Source: an uncultured Candidatus Binatia bacterium | GTDB lineage: Bacteria; Desulfobacterota; Binatia; UBA9968; CAXXLF01 | Assembly (NCBI GenBank): GCA_965218425.1 | Contig: OZ244621.1 | Coordinates: 3,424,001 to 3,488,000 of the forward strand | Direction of reading: 5' to 3' | Length of the DNA: 64,000 nucleotides | Shown here: positions 50,200 through 58,748 of the stretch, one piece after another | Layout of the letters: each line of letters opens with the position of its first letter | How positions within the stretch are numbered: the first letter of the stretch is position 1 | Position numbers and translations under genes: made by a program | The notes under the pieces: model-generated | Database searches by the model: none | The model's input: the letters and a program-made list of their open reading frames with translations, nothing else | What the model was told of the DNA's origin: nothing

Positions 50200-52029
50200 A
50201 TGGATCAGAAAGTCACAGAGGTACAAGGGCTGAGACGCGGCCCGCGGCTGCAAGCAAATTACAAATATTTGGGATACCTGACCAAAGCCGCGAGCCCGAA
50301 TTTGATTCCCCTGATATTTTCCTGGCTCGTGTTGGGATGTATCCTCGTCTTGGTCCTATTGATAGTGTACATGACGTTTATCCCCGGCTTGCCCATAGAG
50401 CCAGGGTGGACCATAGACAATTGGCTGGATGTCGCCAGACCGTATGTACTGAAGAAGGTCCTGCCAAACACGTTAGTCGTGGGCATCGGCACCGTTCTTA
50501 TCGCGACCCTCTTCGCGGCCCCCCTGGCGTGGTTGTTGCATCGGACCTCACTTCCTTTTCGTAATCTTTTTACAGCCCTGATAGCCTCGGTGGTGGTTAT
50601 CCCCGGCTTTGTCAAAGCCATGGGTTGGATTATGTTGATCAATCCCCGGTTCGGTCTGTTCAACAGGGCTGCTGCGGAATCGCTGGGCTTACAATCAGTG
50701 CCGCTGGATATGAATAATCCATTTGGAATGGCTTGGGTAATGGGCCTCATGCTGGCCCCTACGATGTTTTTCCTGATCTCCGGCTCGGTCCAAGCACTGG
50801 ACCCTGTCCTAGAGGAGGCAGCTGAAATGGCGGGTGCCAAGAAATGGCGCACAATCCTCTACGTAAGCTTCCCCTTGGTTTGGCCGGCCATATCAGCGGG
50901 CGCCATTTATATTTTTATGACTGCCATCTCTATTTTTGAAGTGCCGGCGATGCTGGGAGCGGCAGGCGGACAGGCCCCGGTGCTCGCAACCGAATTCTTC
51001 TACGCCGTCAATCCCACTACCCAAGAGTCTCTTGATTTGAACTACGGGGCCGCGGGCGTATACGGGGTTTTAATCGCCGCCCCAAGTCTGGTCGCACTTT
51101 ACTTTTACTATCGGGTCCTGGCACGATCCCGACAGTTCGAAGTCATAACGGGGCGAGGTTATCGACCTCGACTCATAGATTTGGGGCGCTTCAAATACGT
51201 AGGGTTGGCATTCGTTCTAACTTACTTGGCCCTAGCAGCAGTGTTGCCCCTGCTGGTTTTGGTTTGGGTCTCATTAGCGCCTTTCCTACAGATGCCTTCG
51301 ATGGAGGCACTATCCAAGGTTAGCCTGGATAACTATCGATCCTTACTGCCAACCATTGGCGGTATGCGTGTTATCTACAACACGGTAATCTTGGTCCTGG
51401 GGGTTTCACTGTTTGTACTGTTCTTCAGCTTTATGGTGTCGTGGGTCGTGGTACGCAGCCGTGTTCGAGGACGTCAGGTCATGGACACAATTGCGATGCT
51501 GCCTCACGCGATTCCCGGGCTTGGGTTTGCTTTCGCATTGTTCATAATAGCCATTCCTCTCTCGCGATGGATCCCGTGGCTAGCGCTTAACGGGACGCTC
51601 ACCATAATCGTAATGGCACATGTTCTCAATCGATTAGCTTACGGTACCAGGATCACGAATGCGGCCCTGTTACAGATTCACCAGGAACTGGAGGAGAGCG
51701 CAAAAATTTGCGGCGCGAGAAACTTTGCCACTTGGTTCTGGGTGATAGTGCCTCTGATCAAACCCTCTCTAGTATATGCCGGGCTATGGACTGCCCTGCT
51801 CTCCTTCCGGGAGGTGACCATGGCACTGTTTCTAACTGGGCCGAAGAATACGGTGCTTTCTGTTGCGACTTGGTCTCTATGGCGGGCGGGCGATTTAACA
51901 ACAGCGGCGGCGACGGCGGTGGTGATGGTGGCGATTATGGTAGTTTTGTTGTTAGTCACGTTATGGTTGATCGGGGGGAGAATGCTGGAAACTCGTGGGC
52001 CAAGGCAGGGCTCTAACCTGGGAGGCTAG
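50200..52029 (+). CDS. ABC transporter permease (FbpB-like)
   Basis: LEEAAEMAGA and LEESAKICGA EAA loops; many TM segments. Confidence 0.9.
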   Translation: MDQKVTEVQGLRRGPRLQANYKYLGYLTKAASPNLIPLIFSWLVLGCILVLVLLIVYMTFIPGLPIEPGWTIDNWLDVARPYVLKKVLPNTLVVGIGTVLIATLFAAPLAWLLHRTSLPFRNLFTALIASVVVIPGFVKAMGWIMLINPRFGLFNRAAAESLGLQSVPLDMNNPFGMAWVMGLMLAPTMFFLISGSVQALDPVLEEAAEMAGAKKWRTILYVSFPLVWPAISAGAIYIFMTAISIFEVPAMLGAAGGQAPVLATEFFYAVNPTTQESLDLNYGAAGVYGVLIAAPSLVALYFYYRVLARSRQFEVITGRGYRPRLIDLGRFKYVGLAFVLTYLALAAVLPLLVLVWVSLAPFLQMPSMEALSKVSLDNYRSLLPTIGGMRVIYNTVILVLGVSLFVLFFSFMVSWVVVRSRVRGRQVMDTIAMLPHAIPGLGFAFALFIIAIPLSRWIPWLALNGTLTIIVMAHVLNRLAYGTRITNAALLQIHQELEESAKICGARNFATWFWVIVPLIKPSLVYAGLWTALLSFREVTMALFLTGPKNTVLSVATWSLWRAGDLTTAAATAVVMVAIMVVLLLVTLWLIGGRMLETRGPRQGSNLGG

Positions 52030-52095
52030 AGTCGAATCGCTGAGGGAGTGTCCATCACGATTCGAGCCTACAAGTGTGGATCGGGGTGAATCGCT

Positions 52096-53193
52096 ATGCT
52101 TCGGGTTAAGAATCTGAGTAAGACCTTCCTCACGCCTGAGGGAGCCGTCGAGGCTGTACGAGACGTCAGCTTTGAGGTGGACGATGGCGTTTGCTTAACC
52201 CTCCTTGGTCCCTCGGGTTGTGGAAAGACAACGACTCTTCGCATGGTAGGGGGACTCGAAAACCCCGACGACGGGGACATCGAGATCGGAGAGACCGTTT
52301 TTTCGCGGACAAAAGGGATTTTTGTTCCACCTCATCGACGGGGCATCGGTATGGTCTTCCAGTCCTACGCCATCTGGCCTCATATGACGGTTTTTCAAAA
52401 TGTCGCTTTTCCACTCGTACGTGGGGGCTTTAAATTACCCAGGAGCGAGGTTAAGGAAAGAGTAGGAAAAGCTCTTGAGCTTGTGGGACTCAAAGGATAC
52501 GAGAACCGGCCGGCGCCATTACTGAGTGGTGGTCAACAGCAAAGGGTTGCCCTGGCAAGGGCTTTAGTGTACGAGCCTACGCTTCTATTACTGGATGAAC
52601 CTCTGAGTAATCTGGACGCAAAGCTAAGGGATGAAATGCGGTTTGAACTCCGGGCGCTGATCGACAAACTCAAAATTTCGACCTTGTATGTAACACACGA
52701 TCAGGAAGAAGCGCTTGTGCTCTCTGATGAGGTTGCGGTCATGAATGACGGCCAGATTCTACAGAAAGGGGTTCCGCACGAAATTTACCTTAACCCTATC
52801 CATCCCTTTGTTGCGAGTTTCGTCGGGAATACAAATTTTATCGAGGGTCTGGTGGAGGAATCTCAGCCCCAACAGCAGGACATCGTTATCTCCACTCCTT
52901 TGGGGCAGGTGATCTGTTCATCGGCTGAGGGTCGGAGGTCGGGAGAGCGCGTGACACTGGCGTTCCGACCTGAGGATGTTCTAATCCAGACGGAACTCGA
53001 TGGGACCGAAGCTAATACATTCCGCGGAATGGTTCGACACAAGACCTTTGTCGGAAATAGGTTTGCGTGTGAGATCCAGGTAAGCACGGTTGTCATTCAT
53101 GGCAATGTGGGTGCTCGTAGTGATTTGCAGCATGGGGAAGAGGTGACTGTACGAATCCCGCCAGAGTATATCCGCCTGTTGAGAGCGTCATAG
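52096..53193 (+). CDS. ABC transporter ATP-binding protein
   Basis: GPSGCGKTT, LSGGQQQR, LLLDEP, VTHDQ, TOBE-like tail. Confidence 0.93.
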   Translation: MLRVKNLSKTFLTPEGAVEAVRDVSFEVDDGVCLTLLGPSGCGKTTTLRMVGGLENPDDGDIEIGETVFSRTKGIFVPPHRRGIGMVFQSYAIWPHMTVFQNVAFPLVRGGFKLPRSEVKERVGKALELVGLKGYENRPAPLLSGGQQQRVALARALVYEPTLLLLDEPLSNLDAKLRDEMRFELRALIDKLKISTLYVTHDQEEALVLSDEVAVMNDGQILQKGVPHEIYLNPIHPFVASFVGNTNFIEGLVEESQPQQQDIVISTPLGQVICSSAEGRRSGERVTLAFRPEDVLIQTELDGTEANTFRGMVRHKTFVGNRFACEIQVSTVVIHGNVGARSDLQHGEEVTVRIPPEYIRLLRAS

Positions 53194-53216
53194 ATGTCGT
53201 CGATCCTGTAACGGAC

Positions 53217-53292
53217 AGATGAGCCTCATGTTGAGGCGTCAATACTTTGATAACCTCGACCGCTGCGTCTATGAAGACAAAATTTACTAGGC
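53217..53292 (+). pseudogene. Remnant of the 3' end of a ferritin-like gene paralogous to 40091-40738
   Basis: 76 bp, 68/76 identical to 40665-40740 by manual alignment; encodes MSLMLRRQYFDNLDRCVYEDKIY* versus MSLMLRRQYFDNLDRWVYQDKIF*. Confidence 0.85.
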
Positions 53293-53334
53293 GCAGGTCA
53301 TTTCAGGAACACACTACTTCAGAGGCAGGCTTTC

Positions 53335-54582
53335 CTATTCCAAGCTCGCTTCCACCTCCGGCGGCACCAGCGGCGTCTCCACGAACGGTCCACCGGTGCG
53401 TGTGTAGCCCGGGTAATAGGTTTCCTCGGTAGCGAGCGTAATGCAATGATTCTTTTCCGGATCGCGGTGCACGTTGATAGGGTCACCACCCTTTTGCACG
53501 GTTTCAATCTGCTCTTCGATCATCTTGCGATACATAATGATGCCAATATCTGTGACACCAATCTGCTCCGTGGTACGATCGCAGACGGGTCCCTGCATTA
53601 CCCAGGCCGCCTCATCTTGCTGGGGCACATTGGCGCTGTTCAGCCGGCCCTTCTCATCGTAGAGAGAACGCTCCGTGTAGGGCACGTGGTCCTGGTGTGG
53701 TGCCGTTTCACCCGGCTTGGGGACCTCCGCCGCGTAGATCAGGTGCAGGCAGTGGGTGTCGTCCACTGGAATTCGATACTGGAACTGGTGCCAGTAGTCC
53801 TCCGACACGCGTAGGACATCGGGGAAGAGAATGGGATGTCCAATGCGCCACCCCTCGACTTCCTCCTTCTCGCCTTCCATGAGCCGGCGCTTCACAATTC
53901 CGTACTCGAAACGGTCAAATCCTATCTTGATATGTTTACGCCCGCGGGTTCTCAAGGCGTAGCGCTCAAACTTGTCGCGTTCTTTGGGCGGTTTCTTGCG
54001 GCCTATGGACCAGGTTCCCCAGTACCGGTGGAGCCATTGGAAGTGCACGGGGTCCAGTGAATTGTCCATGCACTGCAGCCAGTTGCATGGGAGCATCACT
54101 GCATCGATACTCCTTGTAACGTTGTCCCAAACCAGGAGGTCCCAGCGCGGCAGGAGCGGCACAGGTTGCGGACCCATGTAGACGAAGATCAAGCCACCCA
54201 ATTCCTCGGCGGGATAGGCCTTGAGGCATACTTTTTGATTAAACTTTTTATCCGAGGGTTCCGAAGGTTGCTCCACACACACGCCGGTTTCGTTGTAGAT
54301 CCATCCATGGTAGGCGCAGCGCAGACCGTTTTCCTCGGGAATACCGTATGAGAGGCTCGCTTTGCGGTGCGCGCACCTGGGTTCGATGCAGCCTATCTTG
54401 CCCTTGAGATCCCGATAGAGAAGGAGGTCTTCGCCCAGGATGCGTATTTCCTTGGTGGGATTTTCGTCGCTCAACTCTACGCTGGCGGCGATGGGATGCC
54501 AGTAACGCCGCATCACCTCTCCCATGGGTGTGCCGGGGGCGACACGTGTATAGCGCTGGTTCTGCTCTGAGGTGAGCATCAT
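53335..54582 (-). CDS. Rieske non-heme iron oxygenase, LigXa/phthalate 4,5-dioxygenase-like, copy 1
   Basis: PGTPMGE.MRRYWHP, CAHR...CAYHGW, CNWLQCMDNSLDPVHFQWLH, QDEAAW.MQG...DRT.E..G.TD.G. Confidence 0.9.
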   Translation of the reverse strand: MMLTSEQNQRYTRVAPGTPMGEVMRRYWHPIAASVELSDENPTKEIRILGEDLLLYRDLKGKIGCIEPRCAHRKASLSYGIPEENGLRCAYHGWIYNETGVCVEQPSEPSDKKFNQKVCLKAYPAEELGGLIFVYMGPQPVPLLPRWDLLVWDNVTRSIDAVMLPCNWLQCMDNSLDPVHFQWLHRYWGTWSIGRKKPPKERDKFERYALRTRGRKHIKIGFDRFEYGIVKRRLMEGEKEEVEGWRIGHPILFPDVLRVSEDYWHQFQYRIPVDDTHCLHLIYAAEVPKPGETAPHQDHVPYTERSLYDEKGRLNSANVPQQDEAAWVMQGPVCDRTTEQIGVTDIGIIMYRKMIEEQIETVQKGGDPINVHRDPEKNHCITLATEETYYPGYTRTGGPFVETPLVPPEVEASLE

Positions 54583-54614
54583 GAACCCCCTGTTCTAGAG
54601 ATGCCGTTTGTTTT

Positions 54615-55856
54615 CTACTCGAGGCTTACCTCCACGTCAGGCGGTACCAGTGGTGTCTCCACAAAGGGTCCGCCCGTGCGAGTGTAACCTGGGTAGTAGG
54701 TGTGCTCGGTGGCAACGGTGATGCACTTGTTTTTTTCCGGATCCCGGTGGACGTTGATGGGATCTTTTCCCTCTTGCACCCTCTTGAACTGTTCTTCAAT
54801 CAACTTGCGGTACATAAAGAGGCCCACATCGGTAGCACCCAGGTGCTCGGTGGTACGATCCGTAACGGGACCCTGCATGATCCAGGCTGCCTCATCCTGC
54901 GAGGGTACGGTGGTGCTCTTCAAACGGCCGTTCTCATCAAAGGGGGTGTCCAAAGTGTAGGGTATGGGGTCCTGAGGAGGAGCCTTTTCCCCTGGTTTGG
55001 GCACATGGACGACGTAATACATGTGTATCGTATTGGTATCGTCCACCGGGACCCGGTACTGAAAAGTGTGCCGATAATCTTCCGAGACCCGCAAAAAATT
55101 GGGAAAGAGAATGGGGTGTCCGATGCGCCAATACTCGTCTTCCTCCGTAATACCCTCCATCAGCCGCCGTTTGATGATTCCGTATTCAAACCGGTTGAAC
55201 CCTACCTTGAGGTGTCTCCGGCCCCGGCGAATGGCAGTGCGATTAAACTCCTCACGTTCCTCCGGGGGTTTATTGCGACGGACGGACCAGGCGCCCCAGT
55301 ATGCGTGCAGCCATTGGAAGTGAACGGGGTCCAAGGCGTTGTCCACGCACTGAAGCCAGTTGCACGGCAGCGGGTTTACTCTGATATTTCTCGTCACGTT
55401 GTCCCAGACCAACAGGTCCCAACGGGGGAGAAGCGGTTGGGGCTGTGGCCCCAGGTAAACAAAGATCAAGCCCCCTAACTCTTCGGCGGGATAGGCCTTT
55501 AGACAGATCTTCTGGTTGAATTTCTTGTTCGAGGGCTCCGACGGTTGTTCCACGCAGGCGCCGGTCTCGTTATAGATCCATCCATGGTAGGCGCATCGGA
55601 GGCCGTTTTCTTCGGGGATACCGTAGGAAAGGTTTGCCTTACGGTGGGCGCATCTCGGTTCGATACATCCCACCCGGCCATTCAGGTCGCGGTAGAGCAA
55701 GAGGTCTTCACCTAGTATCCTGATCTCCTTCGTTGGGTTTTCTTCATCCAACTGTGCACTGGCAGCGATGGGGTGCCAGTAACGCCGCATGAGCTCGCCC
55801 ATGGGTGTGCCTGGACCAACCTTCGTATAGCGATCATTTTGTTCGGCTGAAATCAT
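54615..55856 (-). CDS. Rieske oxygenase, LigXa-like, copy 2
   Basis: Same motifs; tandem paralogue. Confidence 0.9.
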   Translation of the reverse strand: MISAEQNDRYTKVGPGTPMGELMRRYWHPIAASAQLDEENPTKEIRILGEDLLLYRDLNGRVGCIEPRCAHRKANLSYGIPEENGLRCAYHGWIYNETGACVEQPSEPSNKKFNQKICLKAYPAEELGGLIFVYLGPQPQPLLPRWDLLVWDNVTRNIRVNPLPCNWLQCVDNALDPVHFQWLHAYWGAWSVRRNKPPEEREEFNRTAIRRGRRHLKVGFNRFEYGIIKRRLMEGITEEDEYWRIGHPILFPNFLRVSEDYRHTFQYRVPVDDTNTIHMYYVVHVPKPGEKAPPQDPIPYTLDTPFDENGRLKSTTVPSQDEAAWIMQGPVTDRTTEHLGATDVGLFMYRKLIEEQFKRVQEGKDPINVHRDPEKNKCITVATEHTYYPGYTRTGGPFVETPLVPPDVEVSLE

Positions 55857-55895
55857 GTTTCCCTTCCCTTTCTGTTGCTGGTGTTCTTGGTCTCT

Positions 55896-57137
55896 CTACT
55901 CCAGGCTAGCTTCCACCTGCGGCGGAATAAGTGGCGTCTCCACGAAAGGTCCGCCGGTGCGTGTATAGCCTGGGTAGTAGGTGTGCTCGGTGGCGAGCGT
56001 AATGCAATGATTCTTTTCCGGATCGCGGTGTACGTTGATTGGGTCACCGCCGTCCTCAACGACCTTGATCTGTTCTTCCATCATCTTGCGGTACATGATG
56101 AGTCCAATATCCGTAGCGCCGAGGCGTTCGGTGGTGCGGTCCGTGATGGGCCCTTGCATGACCCAGGCAGCTTCGTCCTGGGAGGGGATGGTGGTGTTGT
56201 TCAACCGGCCTTTATCGTCATAGAGTTCCATATATTCGTAGGGAACGCTGTCCTGGCGCGGAGCTGTCTTGCCGGGCTCGGAAACATACAATGCATAGAC
56301 CAAATGTAACGTATGGGTATCGTCCACGGGGACCCGGTACTGAAAAGAGTGGCGATAACCGCCCGAAACCCTCAGAACATTGGGAAAGAGGATGGGGTGG
56401 CCGATGCGCCAATACTCGTCTTCCTCCGTCTCGCCTTCCATTAGTCGGCGCTTTACGATTCCGTATTCAAATCGGTCAAATCCCACCTTGAGGTGCTTTC
56501 GGCCTTTCCTCATTGCCATGCGTTCGAACTGTTCCCGTTCCTCCGGAGGTTTTTTACGGCCGATGGACCACCCCCCCCAGTACCGATGGAGCCATTGGAA
56601 GTGGACCGGGTCCATGGAGTTGTCCATGCATTGAAGCCAGTTGCAGGGGAGCGGGTTCAATCTGATGTTTCTTGTGACGTTGTCCCAAACCATCAGGTCC
56701 CAGTTGGGAAGAAGCGGCGTAGGCTGGGGACCCATGTAGACGAAGATGATGCCCCCCAACTCCTCGGCGGGATAGGCCTTCAGGCATACCTTTTCCTTGA
56801 ATTTCTTGTCCGAGGGCTCCGACGGCTGCTCCACGCAGGCGCCGGTCTCGTTGTAGACCCATCCGTGGTAGGCGCAACGCAGGCCGTTTTCCTCAGGAAT
56901 GCCGTAGGAGAGGTTTGCCTTTCGGTGCGCGCATCTAGGCTCGATACATCCCACCTTGCCCTTGAGATCACGGTAGAGCAGGAGGTCCTCACCCAGAAGC
57001 CTTATCTCCTTCGTGGGATTCTCTTCGTTTAACTCCGCGCTGGGTGCTATGGGTTGCCAATAACGCCGCATGACCTTGCCCATGGGTGTGCCCGGACCAA
57101 CTTTTGTATAGCGATCATTTTGTTCGGCGGACAACAT
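55896..57137 (-). CDS. Rieske oxygenase, LigXa-like, copy 3
   Basis: MLSAEQNDRYTKVGPGTPMG N-terminus closely resembles LigXa as recalled; AAGGAGGT RBS. Confidence 0.9.
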   Translation of the reverse strand: MLSAEQNDRYTKVGPGTPMGKVMRRYWQPIAPSAELNEENPTKEIRLLGEDLLLYRDLKGKVGCIEPRCAHRKANLSYGIPEENGLRCAYHGWVYNETGACVEQPSEPSDKKFKEKVCLKAYPAEELGGIIFVYMGPQPTPLLPNWDLMVWDNVTRNIRLNPLPCNWLQCMDNSMDPVHFQWLHRYWGGWSIGRKKPPEEREQFERMAMRKGRKHLKVGFDRFEYGIVKRRLMEGETEEDEYWRIGHPILFPNVLRVSGGYRHSFQYRVPVDDTHTLHLVYALYVSEPGKTAPRQDSVPYEYMELYDDKGRLNNTTIPSQDEAAWVMQGPITDRTTERLGATDIGLIMYRKMMEEQIKVVEDGGDPINVHRDPEKNHCITLATEHTYYPGYTRTGGPFVETPLIPPQVEASLE

Positions 57138-57207
57138 AAAGGCACCTCCTTATGGCAGATAAGAAGCGATTAGAACGGCCTCGTCATTGATGCTCAGTAT
57201 GAATGTG

Positions 57208-57236
57208 AGAGTAGTCGAGATCCAATTTTATGTCAA
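57208..57236 (-). promoter_or_regulatory. Putative sigma70 promoter for the Rieske triplet
   Basis: Minus strand TTGACA (57236-57231)-N17-TACTCT. Confidence 0.45.
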
Positions 57237-57305
57237 ATTGAGAGATCTAGAAGTTGTTTTACGTATTAACCATTTACCGCATGGACCTGAATGAAAACAT
57301 CTAGC

Positions 57306-57334
57306 TTGCCAAGTTTGACATGTTTGCGTAATAT
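57306..57334 (+). promoter_or_regulatory. Putative sigma70 promoter for the small membrane protein-TSUP pair
   Basis: TTGCCA-N17-TAATAT about 22 bp upstream of the ATG at 57357. Confidence 0.45.
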
Positions 57335-57356
57335 CTCGTAATTCCTCCTAACGCGT

Positions 57357-57611
57357 ATGAAAAAAGCTAAAAACAAACTTTTCCTGCAGACCATTCTATT
57401 GGGCGCAATGAGCGTTGTTCTTTACTTTCTGCTTTTTTACTTCGAGGACAGGCTTTTGGAACGTTCCAGGGGATTCTCACCGGATGGTTGGTTTTTCCTC
57501 GTACCCATCGTCATTGCTTTTGTCTTTTCAGCCGTCCATGGGGTATTTACCAGCAACTTTTGGGAGCTCTTGGGCGTTCGGGCCAAGAGACCCGTAACCC
57601 ACAGGCAATAG
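57357..57611 (+). CDS. Small two-TM membrane protein associated with TSUP transporter
   Basis: 84 aa, two hydrophobic helices, 'FSAVHGVFTSNFWELLG'; 4 bp from the next gene. Confidence 0.65.
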   Translation: MKKAKNKLFLQTILLGAMSVVLYFLLFYFEDRLLERSRGFSPDGWFFLVPIVIAFVFSAVHGVFTSNFWELLGVRAKRPVTHRQ

Positions 57612-57615
57612 CATA

Positions 57616-58665
57616 GTGGAATTCATCGACTTGAACCTTACCCATGTCGTGGTGCTTTTCTTTGTCGGCTTCGGGGGTGGGTTGGTAAGCGGGTTTATCG
57701 GCTCGGGTGGGGCTTTTGTATTGACCCCTGCAATGATAAGCCTTGGCGTTCCCGCCATCGTGGCTGTGGCCAGCAACATGTGTCACAAGTTTCCCAAAGC
57801 CCTGGTGGGTGCGGTCAAGCGGGCTCAATATGGGCAGGTGGATGTGAAGCTGGGGGTCGTGCTGGGGGTCTCCGCGGAGATAGGGGTTGTGATTGGGGCA
57901 AACGTCCAGACCTCGATCAATCGGGCCTATGGAAGCGCCGGTTCAAATCTTTACGTTTCGCTCGCGTTAATCGTTGTTCTGCTGCTTGTTGGGAGCTTTG
58001 TATTGCGTGACGTTTGGAAGATCAGATTGGGTAGCCTGGAAGAACAACCCACCAAAAAATTGGCACTGTGGCTTCAAACGGTGCACATCCCTGGGACCAT
58101 GATGTATTTCCGAAGCATGGACGCGCGGGTTTCCGTGTTGTTTACCGTCCCCATCGGAATTGCCACGGGTATGCTGGCAGCCACCATTGCGGTGGGTGGG
58201 TTTATCGGTGTGCCCGCCATGATCTACGTGTTGGGGGTTCCCAGTTTGATGGCCACCGCAACCGAACTGGTCATCGCGTTTATCATGGGGCTTGGTGGGT
58301 CAATCCATTTTTCCTGGAGCGGCTTCGTGGATATACGTTTGGCAATGATCATTCTTGCGGGATCCCTTTTTGGAATCCAGTTGGGTGCCATGAGCACTAC
58401 TTATGTTCAGTCTTATATGGTTAAACTGGTCATGGGAATGATCATGACTGTTGTAGCCGTGAGTCGAATCATCGCCGTTCCTGCCTATCTTTCCGATCTG
58501 GGGACTATTGAATCCCTGTCCACACGCACCGTCAGTGTTTTGAATGCCCTGAGTTTTAGCGTGTTGGCATCGGCTTTGGGCATTGGGGCGATCATTATTC
58601 TATTCTCGCTGTGGTACGGTTTGCGCGAAGATCTACGACAGCAGGAAGCGTTGGGAAAAGTATAG
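57616..58665 (+). CDS. Sulfite exporter TauE/SafE (TSUP, DUF81) family protein
   Basis: GF.GGLVSGFIGSGGAFVLTP, AVASNMCH, second repeat GMLAATIAVGGFIGVPAMIY; GTG start. Confidence 0.85.
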   Translation: MEFIDLNLTHVVVLFFVGFGGGLVSGFIGSGGAFVLTPAMISLGVPAIVAVASNMCHKFPKALVGAVKRAQYGQVDVKLGVVLGVSAEIGVVIGANVQTSINRAYGSAGSNLYVSLALIVVLLLVGSFVLRDVWKIRLGSLEEQPTKKLALWLQTVHIPGTMMYFRSMDARVSVLFTVPIGIATGMLAATIAVGGFIGVPAMIYVLGVPSLMATATELVIAFIMGLGGSIHFSWSGFVDIRLAMIILAGSLFGIQLGAMSTTYVQSYMVKLVMGMIMTVVAVSRIIAVPAYLSDLGTIESLSTRTVSVLNALSFSVLASALGIGAIIILFSLWYGLREDLRQQEALGKV

Positions 58666-58748
58666 TCATGGTGCTTTTGCCAAGGTGATCCAAGCAGTAG
58701 GGAATTGACCCAAATGCGTCAACCGTCGTCTGTTATCGTTGGGACTCT

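Noticed and set aside
28063..57137. Tandem repeats as CRISPR, diversity-generating retroelement or mobile element
   Set aside because: The repeats are whole-gene paralogues. No spacer array, reverse transcriptase, transposase or integrase is seen, and mismatches in the 76-bp remnant are not adenine-specific.
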